From the IMG/VR virus record IMGVR_UViG_3300010403_000005, positions 1 to 61,643 of that record: a DNA stretch of 61,643 nt; one strand, 5' to 3'. Below the pieces are notes generated by a model that had not been told where the DNA came from, did not search any database, and saw only the letters and a list, made by a program, of their open reading frames with translations. This document shows positions 17,675 to 25,741 of the stretch, one piece after another. The translations under genes were made by a program, and so were the position numbers. Numbering within the stretch: the stretch's first letter is position 1; the number at the start of each line of letters is the position of its first letter. Origin of the DNA: a virus.

Positions 17675-17936
17675 CGGCGTACTCCTTCTTGGCGATAATG
17701 ATCTTGGTCAGCATATCCAGCGAGGCCAAGGCGCTAAACCCCAGCTTCATGAGCTGCTGCGTGTGCGTCAGGACCGTGTGCTCGGTCACCTCGGCCGCGA
17801 TCCGTCGAAACTCGCGGTCGAGATCTGAAGGCAGCTGGCGCGACTTCTGTTCCGGCTTTGGCTTCGGCTCCGGGCAGCGATGCACGTCATCGAAGCCATC
17901 TGAGTACGAGTTGCCGCACTTCTCGCAGGTCGTCAT
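17478..17936 (-). CDS. Hypothetical protein with an N-terminal Cys motif; 3' end uncertain
   Basis: Start MTTCEKCGNSY at 17936 (ATGA overlap). The frame has no stop until 17478, so the last ~65 codons overlap the next gene with poor codon bias. Confidence 0.55.
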   Translation of the reverse strand: MTTCEKCGNSYSDGFDDVHRCPEPKPKPEQKSRQLPSDLDREFRRIAAEVTEHTVLTHTQQLMKLGFSALASLDMLTKIIIAKKEYADERTPQSDQPGVLRQSVRRRALRHAPSASPEQGRSHAVGADHACGSDQAAGRRVAGRLRTSSRGR

Positions 17937-18547
17937 CGGATCAGCGCTCTGACCCACGTATTCAGGAACTGCTCCCGTGCCAGCACGGGCGGCAGTGCCT
18001 CGTAGGACACGTGATCTGGCAGCTTAAGGTGCGCGAGATCGATCAGGTGCTGCTGCCGCTGCGCGTTGCCCTTGATGAACCCACGACCCATGAGGTACGG
18101 GATGGCTTCAGTGGCCTGCCAGCGTTTGTGCTCGCGCAGCACGGTATGTTCGAAAGCCGCAGCCAGATCGTCCGCGAGCTTCAGGAACGTGTGTTGTGAG
18201 TCGCCGGGCTTGAGCGAGCCGCCGAAATACTTCAGGTCGATGGCCTGCTGCACTACGGCTTCGATGTCGCGGTAGCCCTTCAGCTCGTCGGAGTGTTTGA
18301 GGTGGCGGCTCAGGTCGTTGAGGTACGCCTCGCTGGCATCATGCAGGAGCGCACGTCGCTTGAGCGATTGCGGCACGAGGCTGGTGACTAGTATCGAGTG
18401 CTGGGCCACCGAGTAGAGCGGCCAGACCTGTCCGGTGAAGCGGGACAGGTTCGAGAGGCCGGTGGCGATGTCGAAGATGACGATGTCGTTCGGATCTGGA
18501 CGGCGCAGATCTATGCGGCGACCGGAGACCGTCGTGAACGGGATCAA
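17933..18547 (-). CDS. HD-domain phosphohydrolase (YfbR-like 5'-nucleotidase family)
   Basis: SVAQHS...ALLHDASEAYLNDL matches the H..HD..D pattern. Confidence 0.75.
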   Translation of the reverse strand: MIPFTTVSGRRIDLRRPDPNDIVIFDIATGLSNLSRFTGQVWPLYSVAQHSILVTSLVPQSLKRRALLHDASEAYLNDLSRHLKHSDELKGYRDIEAVVQQAIDLKYFGGSLKPGDSQHTFLKLADDLAAAFEHTVLREHKRWQATEAIPYLMGRGFIKGNAQRQQHLIDLAHLKLPDHVSYEALPPVLAREQFLNTWVRALIR

Positions 18548-18780
18548 TTGGACCCCGCTGCGTCACCTTCGACGTACACGCGTCGAGCGCGCAGTCCCTC
18601 TCCTCTGGCACCGGGGAGCGTGAACGGCTCGAAAGCCACTCGCTGTCCCTCCTGCAGGGCTTCAAACGGTGTGATGCAGCCGTTGGCGTGGAAGAAGCGG
18701 TCCACGTGGTCGTCGGTACGGATGAAGCCGAAGCCTCGATCCTTTTTGATGGTGGTGATGACGCCTGTCACTGTTTCCAT
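18544..18780 (-). CDS. Cold-shock domain protein
   Basis: METVTGVITTIKKDRGFGFIRTDD...FFHANG contains the RNP1-like GFGFI motif. Confidence 0.8.
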   Translation of the reverse strand: METVTGVITTIKKDRGFGFIRTDDHVDRFFHANGCITPFEALQEGQRVAFEPFTLPGARGEGLRARRVYVEGDAAGSN

Positions 18781-18853
18781 TGGAAAGCTCCTCCCTGACC
18801 TCACGATGCGAAGCTGAACACTGTAGCACGAACTGGGCCTTGGCGCAAGGCCC

Positions 18854-19405
18854 CTAGACCTCGATGCAGACCTCCGCGTGCTCGACCCACAGCCGGTCGA
18901 TGTTGGGGTTGGAGTCGCGCACGGCCGCCTCGTACTCCCACCCTGCGAGCAGGGCTGGCTTGCGGTGGCGATGCATGTAGTCCTGCACCGAGCGCACGAA
19001 GTGCGTAGGCTCGAACGCCTCGTGGCTGCGTCGGGTGACGTACCAGCGATCTGCGCGGAACAGGTCGCGTGAGGACATGGCCAGCTCCGGGCGGAACGGG
19101 CCGTCGATCTTGACGTGGCACTCGTAGTAGACGATGTCGTTCGGGCCGAAGCGACCCAGCTGCGCTGGATCGGAAGGCTGCACCTCGTGCTTGAAGCGCA
19201 CGACCTTGAAGCTGCGCTCGATCTCACGCTGCAGGCCCTCGATAGTGCATTCCTGCTCATCGAGCATGTGCGGGGTGATCGCGCACATCAGCTGCCGCTC
19301 GAACGTGTTCAGCTCGATCCAGAGCGGCTTGATGCCTAGCTGCGTACAGAACCCGCGCCACTGAAACGGGTCTCCCTCGACGGTGATGTGCCATTCTTCA
19401 TGCAT
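18854..19405 (-). CDS. Hypothetical 183-aa protein
   Basis: Start MHEEWHITV at 19405 (8-nt overlap, ATGCATGA). Confidence 0.65.
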   Translation of the reverse strand: MHEEWHITVEGDPFQWRGFCTQLGIKPLWIELNTFERQLMCAITPHMLDEQECTIEGLQREIERSFKVVRFKHEVQPSDPAQLGRFGPNDIVYYECHVKIDGPFRPELAMSSRDLFRADRWYVTRRSHEAFEPTHFVRSVQDYMHRHRKPALLAGWEYEAAVRDSNPNIDRLWVEHAEVCIEV

Positions 19406-19583
19406 CCTCGGTCTCCTTCCTTCGTCGGTTGACCGGCCGACGCCCACGTTCGGCCGGGTGCTTGCGGTTGTTGCGGCAGTAGGGGCAGGAGCCGCCGGGC
19501 CTGCATGAGCGGTCGAAACGGCCGCTGCGGTAGTACGGCTGGCGGTGCTCCTTGCCGTGCTGGATTGCTTTGTCGAGGCTCAT
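19398..19583 (-). CDS. Hypothetical small basic Cys-containing protein
   Basis: ORF track entry, with GKEHRQPYYRSGRFDRSCRPGGSCPYCRNNR. Confidence 0.6.
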   Translation of the reverse strand: MSLDKAIQHGKEHRQPYYRSGRFDRSCRPGGSCPYCRNNRKHPAERGRRPVNRRRKETEDA

Positions 19584-19584
19584 G

Positions 19585-19788
19585 TCACCACCCGCTGTTG
19601 TCGTCTTCGAGAGCCTTGCGCTGCGACTCTTCGGTCTCTTCCGTGATCACGATGTATCCGCTGAGATCTTTGTCCGAGAAGTAGTGCGGGCACACGGACA
19701 CAATGCGCTCGCCACGCCTCTGCGCCTTCATCAGGCTGTCAAGGATCTGACCGAGCGGTGGAGTGAGAATGCGCTGCTTGTTCACCAT
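19585..19788 (-). CDS. Hypothetical 67-aa protein
   Basis: Start MVNKQRIL at 19788, overlapping the upstream stop. Confidence 0.55.
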   Translation of the reverse strand: MVNKQRILTPPLGQILDSLMKAQRRGERIVSVCPHYFSDKDLSGYIVITEETEESQRKALEDDNSGW

Positions 19789-20024
19789 GCCTCCTTCAGC
19801 GCGGCCTTGAGCCGCGTCCACCATGTGCTGACCGGCACATCGTCGTAGCGGAGCCTGCGACAGTACTGTTCGGCCTCGCGGGGCTGGCGTATCGCCCACT
19901 CGACGCCGGGGTCCATTGCGAACGGCTCGACTGTCTCGGTGCCGTCCCGCTCAAGGAATCGACGGTGCAGGTCGCCGTGCGTCGTGATCTCGATGCGATT
20001 GTTGTTGCCGTCGATGATTCTCAT
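19782..20024 (-). CDS. Hypothetical 80-aa protein
   Basis: ORF track entry, translationally coupled on both sides. Confidence 0.6.
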   Translation of the reverse strand: MRIIDGNNNRIEITTHGDLHRRFLERDGTETVEPFAMDPGVEWAIRQPREAEQYCRRLRYDDVPVSTWWTRLKAALKEAW

Positions 20025-20647
20025 GATATTTGCAGGCCTCGAACGTTTTCATTCGTGAGCCGGAGTTCAGCCATCATGCCGACCTGTGTTTCGGACAGTC
20101 CGTCCGACTTCAGCTTCACCTCATACCAAATACGGTCCTTCGTGATCGGGTGCGAGAGTAGGAAGTCGAGCGATCCCTCCAGCTTGTAGACTCGGTAGCC
20201 CGGATATGTCGCTCGAAGATGCTTGTCCGCTATCTGTTCAGCCTCGACCATCCGGTCTACACGCGGAGTCATAGGCCCGCGTGGGTTCTTGACTGGTTCG
20301 CGCTTCTTAGGTCTGGCAGCCTTGGACCGGAAGAACTGCTCCGGATTAGATACGTCAGCGGTCACCATAAGTCGCTTTTCTTTTGGTGTTGGCTGCACCG
20401 ACTGCGACTCTAACATTTGTTTAATCAGGGAGTTGTATTTCCCTACACGAAGTAGTCGTGGTCTTGAACCGTGTGATCTTGGGCCGCCTGCGGTGTTTTC
20501 ATGTAGCCATCCGTTTTCCAATCCGATTCGAATTAAGTATTCAGGAGCGGATCGGGGAAGATTGAAACGTCGATGACTCGTTTTTGACCCGGACGACTGG
20601 GTGCGTATAAATTTCACCACTTCTGCTATCCATTGCTGGATGGTCAT
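20021..20647 (-). CDS. Protein with a C-terminal VRR-NUC / PD-(D/E)xK-like nuclease motif; the N-terminal part lies in a low-GC segment
   Basis: Start MTIQQW at 20647 (ATGA overlap). The C-terminus reads GSLDFLLSH..IWYEVKLKSDGLSETQ. Confidence 0.55.
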   Translation of the reverse strand: MTIQQWIAEVVKFIRTQSSGSKTSHRRFNLPRSAPEYLIRIGLENGWLHENTAGGPRSHGSRPRLLRVGKYNSLIKQMLESQSVQPTPKEKRLMVTADVSNPEQFFRSKAARPKKREPVKNPRGPMTPRVDRMVEAEQIADKHLRATYPGYRVYKLEGSLDFLLSHPITKDRIWYEVKLKSDGLSETQVGMMAELRLTNENVRGLQIS

Positions 20648-20889
20648 GGCTCTCCTGCCTCTCGCCACAGCTGCTGCGCGGTCGGTTCCTGCTCGGCCTT
20701 GTCAGGCACCGGGTCCGGGCAGTACGGGCACTGCCAGTGCGTGGCAGTGGCCAGCTGATCAGACAGGTGCGGTGTGGCCCGGAGATCTTTTTCGAAGAGC
20801 GAGAGATTGTGGCCGCACGTCAGGTGGATGATATAGCGCTGCTGAGTAGCGGTGGCGTCTACGATGTGCTTGACCGGCTGCTCCCTCAT
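20644..20889 (-). CDS. Hypothetical 81-aa protein with a Cys/His motif
   Basis: ORF track entry, with LTCGHN...WQCPYCPD. Confidence 0.6.
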   Translation of the reverse strand: MREQPVKHIVDATATQQRYIIHLTCGHNLSLFEKDLRATPHLSDQLATATHWQCPYCPDPVPDKAEQEPTAQQLWREAGEP

Positions 20890-21308
20890 TCGAACCTCCC
20901 ACAGAAGGTCAGGTCAGACACCTTGCGAAGACCGACTAGTTCGTCGCCATCGCATCGGTCCAGTGAAGGCGGGATGATGTCTCGGAGTTCCGCAAGCGGT
21001 GCGCCGTTCACGGAGATCATCGTGGAGTACGTGGGCGGCCGAGCAGGCTCCGGTTCAGGTTCCGGCAGCCGTGAAGAGAAGACCATCGGGCTGATGGGAT
21101 GCACGCTCATGTGCTCGCGGCTTCTCGACGTGATGTACCCGCTGAAACCCCACACCGATCCGTCCGGAAAGATCACCTCAAATTGCTGGCCGGAAGCAAC
21201 GAAGGTGGTGTTCGGTATTTGCGTGACGTCTACCGCCGGTGCGTCGATCAGGGCCTTGGCGACCGCCGGGATCGCTACGGCGGCAGCGATAAATTGTCTG
21301 CGGTTCAC
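20886..21308 (-). CDS. Tat-signal protein carrying a circularly permuted copy of the tail-tube-like domain of 4620-5048
   Basis: GTG 21308 (GTGA overlap, GAGGAGG upstream). The N-terminus is (M)NRRQFIAAAVAIPAVAKA. The blocks EVIFPDGSVWGFSGYI and NGAPLAELRDIIPPSLDR..LVGLRKVSDLTF occur in the reverse order relative to the paralog. Confidence 0.7.
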   Translation of the reverse strand: MNRRQFIAAAVAIPAVAKALIDAPAVDVTQIPNTTFVASGQQFEVIFPDGSVWGFSGYITSRSREHMSVHPISPMVFSSRLPEPEPEPARPPTYSTMISVNGAPLAELRDIIPPSLDRCDGDELVGLRKVSDLTFCGRFE

Positions 21309-21658
21309 GCTACCTCCTCGTACGTGCGCTTGTGCGCTTCGTTCTCTTCCCGCGTCATCCACTCCAGATGCTCCGGGTTGACGCAGAGTTCGTTCTCACC
21401 CTTGGGGCAGGTGTGCCCGGCCTCATGCAGCTCGGATGGCGGAGGGCCAGACTTCCATTCCAACACCAGCCGAGCCACGCGCACGACGCGTTTGATGGCC
21501 CGGATGCACATGATCGGCCGGTGCCCTCGACGCGTCGTGCTGACCGCCCCGGTCCAGCAGTGGCAGCCGGTCACCGGGTCCACGCGAACCTTGGCTGCTA
21601 CGCGGGCGGCCAGTGCGTCCGTCCGTGCGAGCCCGATGACCTTCGCGGGGCTGAACAC
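21305..21658 (-). CDS. HNH endonuclease
   Basis: GCHCWTG....HTCPKGENELCVNPEHLEWMTREEN is an HNH_3-type pattern. Confidence 0.8.
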   Translation of the reverse strand: MFSPAKVIGLARTDALAARVAAKVRVDPVTGCHCWTGAVSTTRRGHRPIMCIRAIKRVVRVARLVLEWKSGPPPSELHEAGHTCPKGENELCVNPEHLEWMTREENEAHKRTYEEVA

Positions 21659-21999
21659 TAGGGCTGAACCTTCTGTTCGTCGCCCGGCTCGCGGATGCCG
21701 ATGGTCAGAGCGACCTGCAGGCTCTGCTGATCTTCACCGACTCCGAAGCCGTCCACCCGGAATGCCCGAGGGCACTTGCGGCAGAGGATCACCTGCCCGA
21801 CGCGCAGGTTCTGCATGCTGTACGCTCCGCAGGGGCACTCCAGTTCGAACGCTCCGAACCACGAGTGGACTACGGGCTTCTTGCCGATCTCCGGCACGTT
21901 GGCTGCTGCGGCTTTCAGCTGGGCGTCTTCGAGCGTGCAGCCGGGCTTGCCGCAGTACGGCGTTCTCACGAATTTGTTACACATGCACATCAGAACCAC
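21658..21999 (-). CDS. Hypothetical Cys-rich 113-aa protein
   Basis: ORF track entry (GTG start) with multiple CxxC-like pairs. Confidence 0.55.
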   Translation of the reverse strand: MVLMCMCNKFVRTPYCGKPGCTLEDAQLKAAAANVPEIGKKPVVHSWFGAFELECPCGAYSMQNLRVGQVILCRKCPRAFRVDGFGVGEDQQSLQVALTIGIREPGDEQKVQP

Positions 22000-22106
22000 C
22001 TTTGCCGGGCTGCAGTTTCGAAGAACCAGATCAGCCCGTAAAAGCAGCTGGCTCCGCAGATGAAGCCGCCGAGAATGGCAGCGTAGACCTTCTGTTGGTC
22101 AGTCAC
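21990..22106 (-). CDS. Small single-TM protein (38 aa)
   Basis: Hand translation from GTG 22106 (GTGA overlap) gives VTDQQKVYAAILGGFICGASCFYGLIWFFETAARQRWF. Confidence 0.45.
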   Translation of the reverse strand: MTDQQKVYAAILGGFICGASCFYGLIWFFETAARQRWF

Positions 22107-22338
22107 CAGACCCTCGAATCGTGTGGATCGCTGTGGTGAACGTAGCACTTGGCCGGGAGCCCCGGCGGAGGGGCACAGGCGACCGAGCGGTACCGGACTC
22201 CTCCGCACTCGCAGAAGGGCAGGTTGCAGCTGTCGCACTGCTTGGGGCCGCCGATCAGGATCAGCAGGCCCACGAACCCGAGGATGCCGGTCAGCAGCAT
22301 CAGGATCGCGGCCCACTGCTTGAGTTCGGCCTTCACTT
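22103..22338 (-). CDS. Single-TM protein with a Cys-rich tail (78 aa)
   Basis: GTG 22338 (GTGA overlap) gives VKAELKQWAAILMLLTGILGFVGLLILIGGPKQCDSCNLPFCECGG... Confidence 0.55.
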
Positions 22339-22518
22339 GATCGCCTGCATGATCACCGTGATGAGTACAGAGATCAGGGTGAAGCCCATGTAGACCAGCC
22401 ACGACTTCGGGTAGAGTCCGAAGACAAACCACATCGTAGCCGCGCTGTTGAGGAACAGCAGGATCAGGAGAAAGATCACGGCGAGTACCTTGGCGAGCGT
22501 GTTGTCGATGCTGCTCAT
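22333..22518 (-). CDS. Small multi-TM membrane protein (holin-like topology)
   Basis: 61 aa with AAGGAG upstream. There are 2-3 hydrophobic spans (VLAVIFLLILLFL, WFVFGLY, GFTLISVLITVIM). Confidence 0.65.
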   Translation of the reverse strand: MSSIDNTLAKVLAVIFLLILLFLNSAATMWFVFGLYPKSWLVYMGFTLISVLITVIMQAIK

Positions 22519-22527
22519 GTCCGCTCC

Positions 22528-23412
22528 TTAGAAGGTGACCGAAACTACGAAGCCGAGCTTGCGCTCGGCGTACCCGACGTAGGGCGAAGCCCACACGTTC
22601 GTGGTGGGCTGGTGCGGGATGAAGTTCGCCACGTTGAACGAGATCGGCAGCAGGCCGACGTCCGCTCCGCCACTCCCGAACGTCACGACAGGTGTGAGCA
22701 GCGCGTACTTCAGGTCGCCGGGGTTGTTCGACCGACCGTGCTTGAGCCATTGGAGCCCGATCACGGCACTCTTCGGTCCCGGCCGGATGCCTCCCTGCAG
22801 GTTGAACCCGGTGAGCCAGTGCGGGGTGGTCTCATCGACGTACGCTTCGGCGGTCTGTGCTGGCAGGCGCACGTTGCCGGTCGGAGTCACCTCGAACAGC
22901 TGGACGTCGGTGAGTCGCTTGCCGTCCTTGCTGCGGCCGGTGACACTCAGTGCAAGGAACTTCTGCCGCAGTTCGTAGTCGATCTTGCCCTCGGCTGTGC
23001 CGGTGATCGTCAGCCGGTAGTCCTTCGCCGTGAAGTCACGGAACGTAGGCACTTCGACCGTGGTCGGTACTTCAATGACCGTCGGGTCCGTGCTCGGGTG
23101 AGGTGAGGTGACGACGTCGAGTTTGCCTGTGGAGTGGGACTCAGCAGTCGTGACAGTGGCGATCACCGGCTTCGCTTTCAGCTGCGCTACCTCCTTGAGC
23201 AGGGCCGCGATCTGCGCTTGGTCTGCCGGGTTGCTGGTCAGCTGCGCGGGCTTGATCGAGTCCACCTCAACCGCCTTGGTGTTGGGTAGCACGAACGTGG
23301 TAGGCACGACCGGGGCCGCAGACCGTTTGCGAAAGTGGTCGTAGACTCCCACGCCGAGGCAGATCAGCAGAATCAGGATGATGAGATCGCGTCCGAAAGT
23401 GGATCGGTTCAT
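22528..23412 (-). CDS. N-terminally membrane-anchored protein with a beta-barrel-like C-terminal half ending in Phe
   Basis: 294 aa with AAGGAG upstream. The N-terminus is MNRSTFGRDLIILILLICLGVGVY, followed by a Pro/Thr-rich linker. The C-terminus has alternating-hydrophobic strands ending ...KLGFVVSVTF. Confidence 0.7.
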   Translation of the reverse strand: MNRSTFGRDLIILILLICLGVGVYDHFRKRSAAPVVPTTFVLPNTKAVEVDSIKPAQLTSNPADQAQIAALLKEVAQLKAKPVIATVTTAESHSTGKLDVVTSPHPSTDPTVIEVPTTVEVPTFRDFTAKDYRLTITGTAEGKIDYELRQKFLALSVTGRSKDGKRLTDVQLFEVTPTGNVRLPAQTAEAYVDETTPHWLTGFNLQGGIRPGPKSAVIGLQWLKHGRSNNPGDLKYALLTPVVTFGSGGADVGLLPISFNVANFIPHQPTTNVWASPYVGYAERKLGFVVSVTF

Positions 23413-23427
23413 GTCTGGTACTCCTTG

Positions 23428-23796
23428 TTAAACGGTGGCGAGTGAACGGGCCATACGACGACGCCGTTCGCGTTTGAGCTTCTTCCGGGCGGCCTTGGCC
23501 ACGGCACGACCATAGGCATGACGGAGGGAACCGTCAGAGAAGAACACGACCGGGCGGCCATCCATCAGGCGCAGGCCGACGCTGGTCGGACGCGGCCGGT
23601 GGTCGTAGAGCCACTGCATGCGCTCCTTGAACGTCAGCCGTCTGTCACCGACCCGACGCGGAGCCCGGCGACTCAGCAGCTGGCTGAAGTCGATGGCCGT
23701 GAGAGTCTTGATGAGCCGGGCCTTGGAGATCGCCTTGCCCTCCAGCTGAGCCTTGGCCTCGCGGTACTTGTGTTTCAGGGTGTCGAGCACTGACAT
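23428..23796 (-). CDS. Hypothetical basic 122-aa protein
   Basis: ORF track entry with a TAATG overlap. Confidence 0.6.
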   Translation of the reverse strand: MSVLDTLKHKYREAKAQLEGKAISKARLIKTLTAIDFSQLLSRRAPRRVGDRRLTFKERMQWLYDHRPRPTSVGLRLMDGRPVVFFSDGSLRHAYGRAVAKAARKKLKRERRRRMARSLATV

Positions 23797-23999
23797 TAGT
23801 CACCGTCCTTCGTGTGCATCGTGATCGTGACCGGCCCGGTAATCGGACCTAGCTTCTTGAGTGCTTCGAACATGTCTCCTGCCGTTTCCATGACCAGTTC
23901 GAAGTCGTGCATGCGCGTGAGCCGGAGATCCTCGCCAGAGAGTGTCCGGCCGATCTGTCGTATCCGATGAGGCTTGAGCGGAGTAACGTCTACGCCCAC
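23796..23999 (-). CDS. Hypothetical 67-aa protein
   Basis: GTG 23999 overlaps the upstream stop. Translation gives VGVDVTPLKPHRIRQ...ITMHTKDGD. Confidence 0.5.
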   Translation of the reverse strand: MGVDVTPLKPHRIRQIGRTLSGEDLRLTRMHDFELVMETAGDMFEALKKLGPITGPVTITMHTKDGD

Positions 24000-24277
24000 C
24001 ACGTCACCGGCTCGTCTGTCGGGTAGATGTTCCGGCTGCCGAACAGGATCTCGTCGTACTTGAACCCTCGCCACAGCCGCCGGTACCACTTCGAGTGCCG
24101 CTTCGCCGTGCGCTGCAGAGCCCGGAGGATCTGGTCATCGCCCGCGTCCTTCGGCACGACGACCTTGAAGGATCGACCCGGCCCACGGAACTGACCGAGC
24201 GGTGTGAGCACGATGGCGATGTTTGGTCGGTCGGTCGGTTCCGGTGGCTGCAGGTAGTGCTGCATCTGTTCGATCAT
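23990..24277 (-). CDS. Hypothetical 95-aa protein
   Basis: Start MIEQMQHY at 24277 (ATGA overlap). Confidence 0.6.
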   Translation of the reverse strand: MIEQMQHYLQPPEPTDRPNIAIVLTPLGQFRGPGRSFKVVVPKDAGDDQILRALQRTAKRHSKWYRRLWRGFKYDEILFGSRNIYPTDEPVTWWA

Positions 24278-24375
24278 GGCTTGCACTTGCCGTTGGCGAT
24301 ATCCTGCATGCGTTTGAGCAGGAGCACCATGCTCTGGAGTCTCGAGTCGAGTTGCACTTCGTGTACGTTGGCCAT
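24274..24375 (-). CDS. Hypothetical 33-aa peptide
   Basis: AAGGAG lies 7 nt upstream of ATG 24375. Translation gives MANVHEVQLDSRLQSMVLLLKRMQDIANGKCKP. Confidence 0.4.
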   Translation of the reverse strand: MANVHEVQLDSRLQSMVLLLKRMQDIANGKCKP

Positions 24376-24395
24376 GCTGTACTCCTTCGTGTGGG

Positions 24396-25277
24396 TTAGT
24401 GTTCGAGAAACACGACGTCGTTGCGCTTGCCGTCGATGCAGTAGCGGCACTCGACGCAGTTCGGTTTGTCGCCGGTCTCCTCCGGGCAGATGAAGGCCGG
24501 GGTGAACTCGGTGTTGAGTGGATCGTCGGACTCGAACACGACCATGTTGCGGTCGGAGAGCACGAAGTCCACGCCGTCGCTGCCCTTGACCATCGGGTGC
24601 AGCCGCTCCTCCATCGGGAGGCCGCTCTTGGCAGCCGACTCCGAGCTGCGGTGAATCCACGACCGACGCCAGCCGGTGGGCGGCATGTCCGGACAGGACG
24701 CGTCCATCGATGCGAAGAGCTGCACGTTCGGTAGCGCACGCAGCACCTCCAGCGAGGGCAGGAGTTCCGGCACGCGCCAGCTGCGGGTGTACGCCCAGCA
24801 CTTGACGTCGGGCCGCTCGCGCAGCCGCTCGATCCAGTTCTCGACGTAGCGCACCGTGTTGAAGTCGCCCGAGATGTGCAGCCGCAGGATCTTGGCGTCC
24901 TCGGGGATCGGCTCGACGTTGTCCGTGACGGAGTTGCCCAGCCACATCGCGGCGACCGTGCCCTGCTCCGCGACCGGCCGCTCGGCGTAGCAGATCGCCT
25001 CGCACTCCGGCGTCGAGCCGGGGCACGTGCCGTTCCAGCCGCGAGCCTCAACGCTGGGCGGAGGAATGTCCTCGGCCTTCGTGGGCTCCAGCGTGTCCAC
25101 GGTCGGCTGCGGCCCCGCGAACGAAGGCAGCCCCAGCGCGGCCTTCGTGGGCCTGCCGGGCAAACGGCTGTAGGTGTAGACGCCCGGCCCGATCTTCAGG
25201 TTGCCAAGGCCAAAGGGCGACATCGTGACGCCACGGGTGTCCGGACGGTAGAGCACGAGGGGCTTCAGAATCTGCAT
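24396..25277 (-). CDS. Cys-rich protein, possibly GP88-family-like
   Basis: 293 aa with GGAGG upstream. Contains TCPGSTPECEAICYA...LHISGDF..YTRSW...CPEETGDKPNCVECRYC. The family assignment is from memory only. Confidence 0.6.
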   Translation of the reverse strand: MQILKPLVLYRPDTRGVTMSPFGLGNLKIGPGVYTYSRLPGRPTKAALGLPSFAGPQPTVDTLEPTKAEDIPPPSVEARGWNGTCPGSTPECEAICYAERPVAEQGTVAAMWLGNSVTDNVEPIPEDAKILRLHISGDFNTVRYVENWIERLRERPDVKCWAYTRSWRVPELLPSLEVLRALPNVQLFASMDASCPDMPPTGWRRSWIHRSSESAAKSGLPMEERLHPMVKGSDGVDFVLSDRNMVVFESDDPLNTEFTPAFICPEETGDKPNCVECRYCIDGKRNDVVFLEH

Positions 25278-25467
25278 AGCGGCTGCCTCCAGAAAAGATC
25301 ACGATGGGGCCGTCAGGCAGGGCCTGTGGCCGGTTGGCGATGTTGATGTCGCTGTGGTCGGCCACAAGGATAGCTGCGGCCTGCGCAGGCGTCAAGTGCG
25401 GCTGCTGGGCGTACGCCGGGCTGGCGTACAAGGCGGCCAACAGCAAGAAGCGTGCCATACCCTTCAT
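25048..25467 (-). CDS. Small secreted protein; 3' end uncertain
   Basis: GAAGGAGGGAG lies upstream of ATG 25467. Signal peptide MKGMARFLLLAALYASPAYAQQ. The frame runs 230 nt into the next gene before the first stop. Confidence 0.55.
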   Translation of the reverse strand: MKGMARFLLLAALYASPAYAQQPHLTPAQAAAILVADHSDINIANRPQALPDGPIVIFSGGSRYADSEAPRALPSGHPWRHDVALWPWQPEDRAGRLHLQPFARQAHEGRAGAAFVRGAAADRGHAGAHEGRGHSSAQR

Positions 25468-25543
25468 CGGACTCCCTCCTTCATACGGGGCTTCACCCCG
25501 GTGCCGAGCGTACTCCATGCCCGGCACCGGCGTCAAGCGGGCG

Positions 25544-25741
25544 TTACTTCTTGTCGTCCTTGGCCGGGGTGCGGGCCGCCTGCTGGGCAGCCGCCTCCGC
25601 CTTGTCGTCATCGATCAGCGCGGCCTGACGCGTCTTGTACTGCGTGACCGCGTCGTCCGCGATGCTGCTGAACGCGCTCTGCGGCACGCCAGCCTTGATG
25701 GCCGCGACGTAGGCTTCCTTCCAGAGTTCCGAGATCTTCAT
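25544..25741 (-). CDS. Hypothetical 65-aa protein
   Basis: ORF track entry, coupled to the upstream gene. Confidence 0.6.
   Translation of the reverse strand: MKISELWKEAYVAAIKAGVPQSAFSSIADDAVTQYKTRQAALIDDDKAEAAAQQAARTPAKDDKK

Noticed and set aside
18854-19405. Possible 2H-phosphoesterase (cyclic-nucleotide or RNA-end processing enzyme), based on WHITV near the N-terminus.
   Set aside because: The family needs two H-x-T/S-x motifs. The only second candidate is CHVKI, with Lys where Thr or Ser is required. Motif evidence is insufficient without a profile or structure search.
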